Positions 22,811 through 32,979 of a stretch of DNA of 35,278 nucleotides are shown here, piece by piece. Each line of letters starts with the position of its first letter. The stretch's first letter is position 1. Location: the IMG/VR virus record IMGVR_UViG_3300027848_000003. One strand, 5' to 3'. Position numbers and translations under genes: made by a program. The notes beneath the pieces were generated by a model. That model worked only from the letters and a program-made list of their open reading frames with translations. It ran no database searches and had not been told where the DNA came from. Source of the DNA: a virus.

Positions 22811-23724
22811 GTACAATAACAGAAGATATAAACAGTGGCTTATGCTCACTAGATACTATTATCGGTGCTGAAACTTCAAAAACGTGTATTTCTCAAATTA
22901 CAGCTGCTAAGGCTATTTGGGCAATTGCACCGGGAGAGAAGTTCAACGCTGGTCAAACGTATGTAAGCGAACTAAGCAGACTAATACTTGCGGGTAAGCT
23001 GCAGATATTAACAGGGGTTAATACCTTTGAAGAGAATGGAGGGGAAGATACCACCGAAACTTTAGCCGATGGTACGCAATTCTTAACCAATGAAGGGAAG
23101 TACAGCTTCTTAGCAACTTATACGAATGGAATGTTCTTTAACAAAGCATTGCACACGTTAAAGGGGTTCAGGAAATGGAATATTATTATCGTGACGAATG
23201 AGGGTATTTGGGGTACAAAATCCACAGACGGAAGCCTTGAAGGCTTTACAACTGGAATGATACAGCCTGCTAAGTTGCAGCTAGGTTCTAATTCAGCGGG
23301 ACAAAAAGAGGGGCTTATGTTCCAATTTGTAGACCGCCCAGAATTAGATAGCGATTTTGCGCACATTGTAAACACGAACGCGCGTAAAGAAACAGGAGTT
23401 ACACAAATAGAGTTATCTCTTGTCAACGCTCCTGCTACCACTGACACTACGGTAGCTGTAAAGGCTGTTTTCGCTCAAAATACAAGCGAAGCATTTTCAG
23501 GCGTTGCAGATTATGCAAGTTTCATTCAATCAATTGATGGTGGGGCTTCTAATCCAACAGCAGGAGATGACAGTGTGACAAGCGGAACGTTTGTTTTAAC
23601 AGTTGCTGCATTAGCATCTGGGGAGAAAGGGCTGTTAAGTCTAGGGACTGGAAACAACTATGTAGTAGTAGGTGTTGACGGAGATCACTACCGTTCAAAC
23701 GTACTATCTTATACAGTAGTATAG
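22807..23724 (+). CDS. Major tail (tube) protein with Ig-like C-terminal region
   Basis: It sits immediately upstream of the chaperone pair and the tape measure gene and is followed by a strong terminator hairpin. The C-terminus is rich in Thr/Val/Ala beta strands. Confidence 0.6.
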   Translation: MSTITEDINSGLCSLDTIIGAETSKTCISQITAAKAIWAIAPGEKFNAGQTYVSELSRLILAGKLQILTGVNTFEENGGEDTTETLADGTQFLTNEGKYSFLATYTNGMFFNKALHTLKGFRKWNIIIVTNEGIWGTKSTDGSLEGFTTGMIQPAKLQLGSNSAGQKEGLMFQFVDRPELDSDFAHIVNTNARKETGVTQIELSLVNAPATTDTTVAVKAVFAQNTSEAFSGVADYASFIQSIDGGASNPTAGDDSVTSGTFVLTVAALASGEKGLLSLGTGNNYVVVGVDGDHYRSNVLSYTVV

Positions 23725-23732
23725 TAATTTAT

Positions 23733-23756
23733 ACCCCTGCTTCGGTGGGGGTTTAA
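23733..23756 (+). terminator. Hairpin with UUCG tetraloop after the major tail gene
   Basis: acccctgc-ttcg-gtgggggt forms an 8-bp stem (two G-U pairs) followed by ttt. Confidence 0.5.
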
Positions 23757-23765
23757 TAAAGGAAT

Positions 23766-24206
23766 ATGGGTGTATCGGGCATACTTGATGAACAATTAAA
23801 GAGTATCGAAGATGTACGGGTAAATCTTGAATCCAGAGCGTTATTTATTATCGCTGAATTACAAGAGCAGATAGTGTTTTTTAACACAAAAAGACAACTG
23901 TATGATGATGGGGTTGATTCCAAGGGATCGCTGCTAAGACCTTATACAAATTTTACAGTTCAAATAAAGCAACAGAGCGGACAAGTGTACGACCGTACCA
24001 CGCTCAAAGATACAGGCTCTTTCTACGAGGGGTTTTATATCACTGCTAAAAACGGGTTATTTCAAATTAATTCGAGCGACAGTAAAACGCCAAAGTTAGT
24101 TAAGAAATATGGAAAGGACATTTTTGGGCTTACTGTTAATAATGAAGGAATAATAAATAAAGAGATTTTCGATCGCTTATTAGAATGGATAATAAAAAAG
24201 ATGTAA
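23766..24206 (+). CDS. Tail assembly chaperone (G-like)
   Basis: Position before the tape measure gene. It ends just after an A AAA AAG slippery heptamer. Confidence 0.65.
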   Translation: MGVSGILDEQLKSIEDVRVNLESRALFIIAELQEQIVFFNTKRQLYDDGVDSKGSLLRPYTNFTVQIKQQSGQVYDRTTLKDTGSFYEGFYITAKNGLFQINSSDSKTPKLVKKYGKDIFGLTVNNEGIINKEIFDRLLEWIIKKM

Positions 24207-24784
24207 GACTTTATAAAGACTGTAGTGAGTTGCCTATGCACAATTTTGAAGAAGCAAGAAAAGACAATAATTTCAAATGGTTGGTTTATGGTTATGACGG
24301 GTGGGGTGATATTGAAGTTCCTGAAAAGACTATTGAGATATGGGATGACATTTTAAATGAATATGCAGCACTTACTAAAAATAATAAGACAATACAGTAT
24401 TTTGAAATATGGAGTGATTTAAGTGATTTAGAAACAAGAATAATACAAGCTAATGTATTATTATTTCAGTTAGAATCCAGACCTCAAATGGAGAAGCAAT
24501 TAAAAGAATCATATATAAAAGAATTAGGGAAATGGCATTTTTTTTACAACAGTTCAAAAGACCACAATCAAGAGATAAAAAGGCTTAAAAAACATATTGG
24601 AGTAGTAAAAACAAAGCTAGTTTTGTTAGAAAGTGATAAAGAAAATTTTGAGAAGAAAAACAAAACGAGTGATTTAATAAAAATAAAAGTGGCTGTTCAA
24701 AACATTCTAAAAAGGGATATAGATTTGAGAAAAATCTCAGTCAAGGAATGGATAATAACTTTAGATAATTTACCAAAAGCATAA
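24185..24784 (+). CDS. Tail assembly chaperone frameshift extension (T-like; expressed as a G-T fusion by a -1 shift at 24194..24200)
   Basis: The ORF is in the -1 frame relative to 23766..24206 and overlaps it by 22 nt. The slippery site is in the correct phase. Confidence 0.6.
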   Translation: MDNKKDVRLYKDCSELPMHNFEEARKDNNFKWLVYGYDGWGDIEVPEKTIEIWDDILNEYAALTKNNKTIQYFEIWSDLSDLETRIIQANVLLFQLESRPQMEKQLKESYIKELGKWHFFYNSSKDHNQEIKRLKKHIGVVKTKLVLLESDKENFEKKNKTSDLIKIKVAVQNILKRDIDLRKISVKEWIITLDNLPKA

Positions 24785-27700
24785 TGGCAACAAATCAATA
24801 TCAATCCGCAATAGACAAGGCAAATGCCGAGTTGGATAAAATGTTCTCCAAGTGGGAGGCTATTGATAAAAAAATACTTGCGGTAAGTAAAAATGCCCGT
24901 AAAACTGTTTCCAAAGATTTTAATAGTGGGATGCCCAAAGACCTTAACGAAAGGCTTAAAAAGAATGCGAAATCTAACCAACAGGTAAATGCTGCTTTAA
25001 AAGAACAGGATAGGCTCGAAAAAGCTCTTGCAACTGCAATAGCTAAAAAGAATGCCGCATCTTCTAAAACAAATATAAACCTTCAAAAACAAAGGGTTGA
25101 AACAAATCAATTAAATAAAGCAAGTAAAGAGGAGGCTATTCTAACTTCTAAATTATCAGGTCATTATCAAAAATTAAGTGTCGAGCTTAATAAAATGAGA
25201 AATACTTATAAAAATCTTGCTGCTAAAAAAGAACGTGGAAAGAAACTAACAGCTCAAGAAACAAAAGAATATCAAAGGCTGGGGGCTCAGGTAAGGAAGA
25301 CAGATTCAGCTTTAAAAAGAATTGATAAAACAGTTGGACAATCTCAAAGAAGTGTAGGTAATTACGGGAATGCTGTAAGGGGATTAGCAGGAGGCTTTCG
25401 GTCTTTAGTTGGAGCTTTGGGTGTCACTAGCGGTATATATTTATTTGTACGTGCAATAAGCACATCTCTAGGCGTTATTAAAGATTTTGAAAAACAAAAT
25501 GCAACTTTAGCAGGAGTACTACAAGTAGAGAAGTCAGAAATGAAAGCGTTGACGGATGAGTCCAGAAGGCTTGGTGAATCAACTGTTAAAACAGCTACAG
25601 AGGTTGCAGGGCTTCAGGTTGAATTTTCAAGATTAGGTTTTACCCAACAGGAAATTATTGATGTGACCGAGGCTACAATCGAGGGTTCAATCGCGATGAA
25701 CTCAGAATTAGCTAATACTGCAAAACTTACAGGGGCGGTAATAAACTCAATGGATGAATTTTCATCTACAGATGCACCAGAAGTTTTAGATATATTAGCC
25801 TTATCCACAGCAAAAAGTGCTTTAGATTTTGAAAAGCTGAAAGTTTCTTTACCTAAAGTATTGGGAGCCGCGAACGCTTTAGGCGTTCCTTTTACTAAAG
25901 TTACTTCTCTTTTGGGGAAACTATCAGATGCTGGAATTGAAGCCTCAATCGCGGGTACATCGTTAAGAAAAATATTTATATCTGCCGCTAAAGAAGGAAT
26001 TGATTATGAAGTTGCTTTAGATAAAGTAAGAAATAGCACGGAGAAACTAAAAACAGCAAATGAAGTATTCGATACTCGTGCCGCTATTTCCGCAGTTTTA
26101 ATAGCTAAAAACGTTGGTTCGATAGCTGAACTAGAGGAGGCGTTAAACAATGCTGCTGGAACAACTAAGAGAATGGCAGAGAAGGAGCTAGACACATTGG
26201 ACGGCTCTTTAAAATTGTTAAGGTCAGCTTTTGAAGGTTATATATTAGACCTAAACGACGCAAGTGGGGCTGGTGAAAGCTTAAAGAACGGTATTGCATC
26301 TTTAGCAAAGAATTTCAAAACGATTATAAATGTAATAGTAACAACCGCTAAGGTGTGGTTATTATATAAAGCAGCGGTAATTCTTTCAAGTATTCAAACA
26401 AATATACTCACTAAGAGTTTAAATTTATCTAGCCGATCCCTTGTTATTTCCAGACTAGCATCAATTAGAGCCGCACAAGGGCTTAATGTTAGTTCAGTAG
26501 CAACGGTTAGGGCTTCATTGGCTTGGGCTAAATTAAATGCAGCAATAAAGGCTAATGCTTTTGCCATCGTTGCGGTTGCTTTATATGCGTTATATAAAAT
26601 TTTCCAAAAACTAAATGTATCATTAGAAGAAACAGCTCAAAAGACAGGAGAGGTTACTACTGAATATTTAAAAAATAGGGATGCGTCACAAAAATTAAGC
26701 AAAGAAACAAATGTTTTAATTAACCGATATGACGAATTAAAAGATAAAACAATCTTAAATAAAGATGAACAAAAGGAGCTAAATGATATTATCCAAAATT
26801 TACTTAAAACCGTACCAGATGCAAAAATTGAATTTGACGAGTACGGAAAAATCATAGGAATAAATACTGAGAAGATAAGAGAAAATATAAAAGCATCCAA
26901 TGATTTATATGCTCAAAGAAATAGAACAGCATTAAAAGAAAATGTTAACTTACTTGGAGAATTAAACCTTCGACAAGAGGAATTAAATGGACTTGTCGCT
27001 GGAAAAAATAAAGCGGACATAGAAAGTGTTGGAACGATTACTAAATTGAATGGAGAATATGTAACATTTATTAAAAATTTAAGTATTTTTATTACAAATT
27101 ATGGAGAATTGTCATCTAAACAAATAGACAAAATTAATGAGGTAATAAAAGCGAACCGAGATAATATTAACACAACAGAAAAAAGTATTGCTGCTCTTGG
27201 GGGTGAGAAAAGCGCACGTATTTTAGCAATCGAAGCGCTTGAAAAACAAAAGAAAGCGAATGAAGAAGAAACATCCGCAGCAGCAGCAGGGGCATTAGCA
27301 TTAAAAACACTTCGCGACGAGTTGGAAGGATTAAAAGATATACTCGCGGTACTTACTAAAAAAGGTTATGAATCACTTACGGCCGAACAAGCCAAAAGCG
27401 TAGTGGAAACACGAAAATCAATAAAAGCAAAGCAGGATGAAATTGATGCAATATTAGGTGTTACTAAATCACAAAAGGAAAATAGTAAAGCGGTTAAAAA
27501 TTCAATAGCTTATTTTGGAGAATTAATATCTGAACTTGAAAAAGCAAGAGATACAACAGCATTGACTAAAGATGAATTTAACGACTTTAATGATAAAATA
27601 GACGTATTAAAAAGAAATGTATCTGAATTATCAGGTGAATTTGATGCGTTTGATAAAGAGCTTGAAGATACTTTAAATCTTCTTGATGACGCCAAAGATA

Positions 27701-28677
27701 TTTCTTTTGCTGATTTGTTTAATGAAAAAGACAATAACTTCCCAATATTTAAATTTATAGATATTGATGAAATGGAGATAGAAGAGCAAGCAGAATTTAT
27801 AATTGAAAAACAAAAAGAGCTTGATGATAAAAGATTAGCTTTAAAAAAAGATTTTTATAATAACCTTGAAAACCTTGCTTTTTCATCAATTAATGCAATA
27901 TTTCAAGCCGAAGCAGATAAGTACGATGAAAGAATAGATAAAAACAATGATTTTTATGATGCTCTTTTAGATAACGACAGGCTTTCAGAAGATCAAAGAT
28001 TTGCTCTTGAAAAAGAAAAAGAAAAGAGAAATCAACAATTAGAAGCTAAAAAACGGGAAATAGAAAAAAAGGCATTCCTATTCGGTCAAGCAATAGCATT
28101 GGCAAAAATAGTCATAGAAACGACTAAAGCAGTGATGGCAATAAAAGCACAAGTCGCTATTTATAATGCAAGTCTAGTAACAATACCATTAGCAATCGCA
28201 GCAGCCGCACAAATACCCTTTGTAATTGGTTCAGGAGTAGCAGCAGCAGCGTCTATTTTAGCCACAACAATACCACAATTTAAAGAGGGACACTTATCGG
28301 GAACTCACGAGGGTATGGCTATTATTAACGATGCTCCAAGTAATAAATATCAAGAATTAGTAGAGCGTAAAAATGGGCGTATGGAAATGTTCCAAAACCG
28401 AAACCAACCTATTTTTATGAATAAAGGGGACAAAATTCATAAAGCCACAAACACAGATGATATTTTAAGACAAGCAATAACGATGTCAATTATAGACCAA
28501 CAAGAACGCCTTTCACAAGTGCAATCAGCTCAAATAAATAATTTTAATATAGGTGAAGAGGTTTCAAAGCAAATCCAAAAAGGATTTAGCGGTGTAAAAT
28601 CTCCAAAGCCATTCACTTTTGATTATTCAAAGTTTGCAAAAGAAATGTATTTAAATCAAAAATCTAATAATCTATAA
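24784..28677 (+). CDS. Tape measure protein
   Basis: 1297 aa and highly alpha-helical/coiled-coil, with central hydrophobic segments. Position after the chaperones. Confidence 0.9.
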   Translation: MATNQYQSAIDKANAELDKMFSKWEAIDKKILAVSKNARKTVSKDFNSGMPKDLNERLKKNAKSNQQVNAALKEQDRLEKALATAIAKKNAASSKTNINLQKQRVETNQLNKASKEEAILTSKLSGHYQKLSVELNKMRNTYKNLAAKKERGKKLTAQETKEYQRLGAQVRKTDSALKRIDKTVGQSQRSVGNYGNAVRGLAGGFRSLVGALGVTSGIYLFVRAISTSLGVIKDFEKQNATLAGVLQVEKSEMKALTDESRRLGESTVKTATEVAGLQVEFSRLGFTQQEIIDVTEATIEGSIAMNSELANTAKLTGAVINSMDEFSSTDAPEVLDILALSTAKSALDFEKLKVSLPKVLGAANALGVPFTKVTSLLGKLSDAGIEASIAGTSLRKIFISAAKEGIDYEVALDKVRNSTEKLKTANEVFDTRAAISAVLIAKNVGSIAELEEALNNAAGTTKRMAEKELDTLDGSLKLLRSAFEGYILDLNDASGAGESLKNGIASLAKNFKTIINVIVTTAKVWLLYKAAVILSSIQTNILTKSLNLSSRSLVISRLASIRAAQGLNVSSVATVRASLAWAKLNAAIKANAFAIVAVALYALYKIFQKLNVSLEETAQKTGEVTTEYLKNRDASQKLSKETNVLINRYDELKDKTILNKDEQKELNDIIQNLLKTVPDAKIEFDEYGKIIGINTEKIRENIKASNDLYAQRNRTALKENVNLLGELNLRQEELNGLVAGKNKADIESVGTITKLNGEYVTFIKNLSIFITNYGELSSKQIDKINEVIKANRDNINTTEKSIAALGGEKSARILAIEALEKQKKANEEETSAAAAGALALKTLRDELEGLKDILAVLTKKGYESLTAEQAKSVVETRKSIKAKQDEIDAILGVTKSQKENSKAVKNSIAYFGELISELEKARDTTALTKDEFNDFNDKIDVLKRNVSELSGEFDAFDKELEDTLNLLDDAKDISFADLFNEKDNNFPIFKFIDIDEMEIEEQAEFIIEKQKELDDKRLALKKDFYNNLENLAFSSINAIFQAEADKYDERIDKNNDFYDALLDNDRLSEDQRFALEKEKEKRNQQLEAKKREIEKKAFLFGQAIALAKIVIETTKAVMAIKAQVAIYNASLVTIPLAIAAAAQIPFVIGSGVAAAASILATTIPQFKEGHLSGTHEGMAIINDAPSNKYQELVERKNGRMEMFQNRNQPIFMNKGDKIHKATNTDDILRQAITMSIIDQQERLSQVQSAQINNFNIGEEVSKQIQKGFSGVKSPKPFTFDYSKFAKEMYLNQKSNNL

Positions 28678-30761
28678 TGCACCCATTTTTAAAAAATACA
28701 CGCTTCACTTTTGAAACTCCTACACAAACGTATGAGGTTCAAGACGCGCCTATTAATAGCGATCAGGTGGAAATGGATATAAAAAGAAGCACCAAAACCG
28801 ACGGCATTATGCTTGTGACTACTTTGAACGAGCAATATATTAAAAAAGCAAAAGATTTTATTATTAATGAGTATGGAAAACAAGGTGCAGATGGTTATTT
28901 AAAGCGCACGCGGGAAGAAAAGCAAAACAATAACTACATAATAACTAATACTGACTTTATAGACTTTAACAGCTTAAAATGGGATAAAAGCACGATTACA
29001 GGTGATTTTGTAGAAAATCCATTGTATGAGATATTGGATAAAAATAGTCGTGAAGATTTTGAATTAGACAGGCTTACCGATATAAATGGAAATGCCATAC
29101 CTGCATTGACACGTTCCAAAATGGCTTGGAAAAACAGGGCTATATTTTTACGCAGTGAAGGGCATTCAGAGCCTTATTCACAAAATGTTACATCTGTACC
29201 AGCCCCACAAAGTGTCTTTATAACTCCCTTAATGACTGCAAATCCAGTAAGTGATGAAGATTTTGTTGGCGTTTTTTCTCATTATTATGATATTTATAAT
29301 GATAATGCTTCAGTTTCAAATATTTTTCACTTAGATACCAATAGGGAGAAGCACTTAAAACTAGATATTAATGTAAACGTAACTATTAATGCGGATGAAT
29401 CTATCGCAGCAGGGTTGTTATTAATTCGATATGAAAATGGTACAGATTTAGACCTTTTGTCCTACAACACGTTAGTGGAAGGATCCGCTTCAACACATAT
29501 AGTGTATTCAGGAACAATAGATATTGACCTTTTACAAGGGCAAAGCCTAGCATTAGGTATTTTAGTTGAATTTACTGAACAAACTTTAGGTATTGACGTT
29601 GACGAATTCGATATTATCCAAACAGAGGACAGCTTTTATGAAACCGATATTCCTGAAGAAAAAAACGTTGATTGCATCTCTCTTTACGATGCCTTTGAAA
29701 GGATAGTCGAAATACTATCTCCAAATATTACTTTTAAAAGCGACCATATTACAGATAATTGGGCTAACTTAGTCATATTTTCTGGCGAAACGTCAAGGCA
29801 TATGTATTATACAAATGAAGATACGGGAGTTACAACCATTGCACCATTGGCAACGGTAAGTTTTGACAGCCTTTTTAAACTACTATTTACAATTAATCCC
29901 GTTGCTTTTGGGCTTAGAATGGAAGGGAGTAAGACTATTTTAGAGGTTGAGGACATTGGATATTTCTTTGATGACGAAAAGACCGTGAATTTAGGAACTA
30001 TATCAGACCTTGAATATAAAATAAACAAAGATAAAGTTTACTCTCGTATTAAAGCAGGCTATTCCAAGAGTGGTAAAAATGAAGATGTGTTCGGATATAA
30101 TGCGACGCATACGGTAAATACTTATTCATTGCCTGCAAATAAAACAGACAACACCTACGACGCTACTTGTGATTTCAGAACAGACCCGACGGAAGCGGAA
30201 CTTTGTTACAGGAAGCAATTTAGCAAATATCCCGATTCGGACACCCAGTACGATACTGATGTTTTTGCTGTTGATTGTTCGCTCACAAATGGCGTTTACA
30301 CGCCTAAACCTTATGAAGCAGACTTCTCAAGTGTTACAGGGCTATACAGGAAAGATACGGCTTATAATTTCAATTTAAGCCCTATGAATTGTGCTTTAAG
30401 ACACGGTAAGAATTTTAAGCAAGAGTATAATAAATCTTTTTACATTGATGGTAAAATGCGCTACACCTCTACGGAGGGGAGTCCAGAGATGTCAACAACT
30501 AAAATAGGGGGAGTTGCAAGACCTGAAAATTCAGATGTATTGCTAAGCGATCTTGAAAGAGGGCTTTACACTCCCGTAATAGTAGACGGCAAAACAATAA
30601 TCACACCTGAATTAGTGGCTCAATTAAAAGGTGGAATACCTAAGAGAAATTATTACAAAACTTTTCCTTTTAAAGATTTTAACGGAAATCAAAGTTACGG
30701 GTATTTACTATCAGCTAAAATAGGAGATGAAATTAAAATAGAATTAGCATTAAAATACTAA
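28677..30761 (+). CDS. Distal tail protein (Dit-like) / baseplate component
   Basis: First gene after the tape measure gene (TAATG overlap). Assignment rests on gene order only. Confidence 0.5.
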   Translation: MHPFLKNTRFTFETPTQTYEVQDAPINSDQVEMDIKRSTKTDGIMLVTTLNEQYIKKAKDFIINEYGKQGADGYLKRTREEKQNNNYIITNTDFIDFNSLKWDKSTITGDFVENPLYEILDKNSREDFELDRLTDINGNAIPALTRSKMAWKNRAIFLRSEGHSEPYSQNVTSVPAPQSVFITPLMTANPVSDEDFVGVFSHYYDIYNDNASVSNIFHLDTNREKHLKLDINVNVTINADESIAAGLLLIRYENGTDLDLLSYNTLVEGSASTHIVYSGTIDIDLLQGQSLALGILVEFTEQTLGIDVDEFDIIQTEDSFYETDIPEEKNVDCISLYDAFERIVEILSPNITFKSDHITDNWANLVIFSGETSRHMYYTNEDTGVTTIAPLATVSFDSLFKLLFTINPVAFGLRMEGSKTILEVEDIGYFFDDEKTVNLGTISDLEYKINKDKVYSRIKAGYSKSGKNEDVFGYNATHTVNTYSLPANKTDNTYDATCDFRTDPTEAELCYRKQFSKYPDSDTQYDTDVFAVDCSLTNGVYTPKPYEADFSSVTGLYRKDTAYNFNLSPMNCALRHGKNFKQEYNKSFYIDGKMRYTSTEGSPEMSTTKIGGVARPENSDVLLSDLERGLYTPVIVDGKTIITPELVAQLKGGIPKRNYYKTFPFKDFNGNQSYGYLLSAKIGDEIKIELALKY

Positions 30762-30762
30762 T

Positions 30763-32796
30763 ATGGCATCGAACATAATATTAACATTTGGAACACAAAC
30801 GGGGGACGTTAGTAATGAAACCATTGATGTTACTGGCAACGGTCAACTTTCAACCTTTGTGCCTACACGCTATAAAAGCGGGCTTGTTACTATAAACGCA
30901 AACATTGCAAAGCAGGTATATGAATATTATAATGCCTTTCAGTTAGATTATAATCGAGATGAAAAGTATAACATTACATACGATTCCACAACGGTTACCA
31001 TTGAGCACCCATTAAATGCACATTTCGATTCTTTTGTAGATGGAACACATAATACCACCACTTTTATTACCACAGGCACAGGGGTAGATGCGAGACCAGA
31101 CCCTATTTTGCTTGAGGTATTGGATTATGCTGCAAATACTTCTGACTTTTGCGATACTACTTTAGGAACTTTTGGATTCAACAGAGATGTAGTTTCTTTA
31201 AAAATAGAGCAAAGCGGAGTCGTTTTATTTGAAGATGCATCTTTCAATAATAGCACAAAAACATTGGCAGTACCAAGAAGCAGTATTAATGTGAAAGTGA
31301 CGGCTGAAGCATCTGTTTATAATACTATTTCTCCCGACTATTCAGAGATTTTAGACGTAGATGTAAATGAAAATTCAATCGGAGCAACGGTTACTATTTA
31401 CGCCAACACCTTCTTGCATCTTACAGCGCATCAATATGCGATAGTTACAACGTTAGATGAAGATCCAACCTTTCAGGCTTCCAATATCTTCACGTCTGTA
31501 ACGGAAGGTGATTTTTATGCTGTTATAAAAGATAACTTTAATTGTATAAAGTATCAGAGTTTTAGCATTACAACGAATGAAAACCCTTTTATAATACCTA
31601 AAAAATTCTTTATAAGTGGTAAAAATAGCATTCGGTTCGCAAATAGAGCAACGGGATTAACTTCTAATCCGTTTAACTTCCTTAGCTGGGAAAATCCCTT
31701 TGCAGTTAAGTCAAGCGCGATGAAAAACACCTATTCAAAGGGGCAGAAATTTAACATTCAATTTAAAAGCAGCTATACAAATCATACCGTTCAGGTAATT
31801 AATGCATGTGGTAATAATTTAGTGGAAAGTGAAATATTTATTGTTCCACAATTGAGAACTGATAATATTAACAGAAACACCTATTTAGAAGCTGATATAT
31901 CTTACAGCGCGACACTACAACGTTCTGTTATTTCCTTTACTCCGGGCAATACGTATAATTCATCGGGAACGGTAACGGGCACACATAGCTATGATGGTTA
32001 TCTCCCCGCTTTTTATGAAGAAGGAACGCCTTTAATAATCAATGACAATCTAGCGGCTGTCATAATAGACACATATACGGAAGCGGGCGTTGAGTATGCA
32101 GTTACAAATATTAGTTCAAATATAGCAGCGTCAGGGGTTAAAGTTGAAAGCATACATACAGAATTGCCTTATGAAACATATGATTTTCAGGTAAACACAA
32201 GCACAATCGATTTTGATCTGTTCTTTATAAGAATTATAGCTTTAAAAGCTAATAACGACACAGCTCAACTCTATGATAGCGAGGTTGTAGAGGTAATACC
32301 AGAGGTAGATTTTGTGGTTAGCAAATGGCACATAATGGATTCTTGGAGCGAAAGCAATGATACCGAATTAGATGCTTATCCGACGCCTTCTTTCACAGAT
32401 ACAAATGATCTTGAATGGTTTTCATTTTTAAGAAACTTAGAATTTCATACGCCTTTAGTGCGCATATCGGAAGCTGATATTGACACTCAAAAATTAGACA
32501 ATAGAGAGACTAAGATTGATTTTAAGTCAAGAAAAATTTATGAAATGGGATTAGTTGAATTTCCTAGTGAAATTGCTGGGAATATAGCAGACGTTTTTAA
32601 CGAGTTTGAATACCATAAGATTGATGGGATAATTTATACAACTATTTCAAAAGCAGACATTGAGCATAAAGGACAAAGGGCAATTGTAAAAGTGCAATTG
32701 GCGGTTGTAGATATGTCAAGCGAGTTTGGATTAGTTCAGCAAAGTTTACCCGGCACAGGACCGGCTAATAGTTTTTATCCTGTTGTGGTGGGTTAA
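30763..32796 (+). CDS. Tail-associated (Tal-like) / baseplate or receptor-binding structural protein
   Basis: Second gene after the tape measure gene. Assignment rests on gene order only. Confidence 0.45.
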   Translation: MASNIILTFGTQTGDVSNETIDVTGNGQLSTFVPTRYKSGLVTINANIAKQVYEYYNAFQLDYNRDEKYNITYDSTTVTIEHPLNAHFDSFVDGTHNTTTFITTGTGVDARPDPILLEVLDYAANTSDFCDTTLGTFGFNRDVVSLKIEQSGVVLFEDASFNNSTKTLAVPRSSINVKVTAEASVYNTISPDYSEILDVDVNENSIGATVTIYANTFLHLTAHQYAIVTTLDEDPTFQASNIFTSVTEGDFYAVIKDNFNCIKYQSFSITTNENPFIIPKKFFISGKNSIRFANRATGLTSNPFNFLSWENPFAVKSSAMKNTYSKGQKFNIQFKSSYTNHTVQVINACGNNLVESEIFIVPQLRTDNINRNTYLEADISYSATLQRSVISFTPGNTYNSSGTVTGTHSYDGYLPAFYEEGTPLIINDNLAAVIIDTYTEAGVEYAVTNISSNIAASGVKVESIHTELPYETYDFQVNTSTIDFDLFFIRIIALKANNDTAQLYDSEVVEVIPEVDFVVSKWHIMDSWSESNDTELDAYPTPSFTDTNDLEWFSFLRNLEFHTPLVRISEADIDTQKLDNRETKIDFKSRKIYEMGLVEFPSEIAGNIADVFNEFEYHKIDGIIYTTISKADIEHKGQRAIVKVQLAVVDMSSEFGLVQQSLPGTGPANSFYPVVVG

Positions 32797-32959
32797 TGAG
32801 TTGTTCGATTTTCATATCACGAACTCGATTTTCAAAGGCTTCATTGGCGATTTTAACGCATTCGTCTATTTGTTTGAGGTCAAGGGATGTTAAAGACTTA
32901 GATTTTTTAGAACGAAGCATAAAGTAAAGAATGACAAAAAATATAATTGCGAAAAGCAT
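32765..32959 (-). CDS. Small membrane-anchored protein encoded antisense to the tail operon (alternative GTG start at 32995)
   Basis: It fills the only gap without a plus-strand ORF in the tail module. N-terminal TM LFAIIFFVILYFML is followed by RSKKSK, and the rest is helical. A minus-strand TATATTTG box lies at 32965..32972, just upstream of the ATG at 32959. Confidence 0.5.
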   Translation of the reverse strand: MLFAIIFFVILYFMLRSKKSKSLTSLDLKQIDECVKIANEAFENRVRDMKIEQLINPPQQDKNY

Positions 32960-32964
32960 AAACA

Positions 32965-32972
32965 CAAATATA
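32965..32972 (-). promoter_or_regulatory. TAnnTTTG -7 box on the minus strand, upstream of the antisense small gene
   Basis: The plus strand reads caaatata. The extended ACAAATATAC is the same as at 7086..7095. Confidence 0.35.
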
Positions 32973-32979
32973 CGATAAA

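Noticed and set aside
26399-26406. Another TATATTTG match (minus strand) inside the tape measure gene
   Set aside because: It lies deep inside a long coding region with no downstream ORF. I treat it as a chance occurrence, and it shows that the motif alone is not diagnostic.
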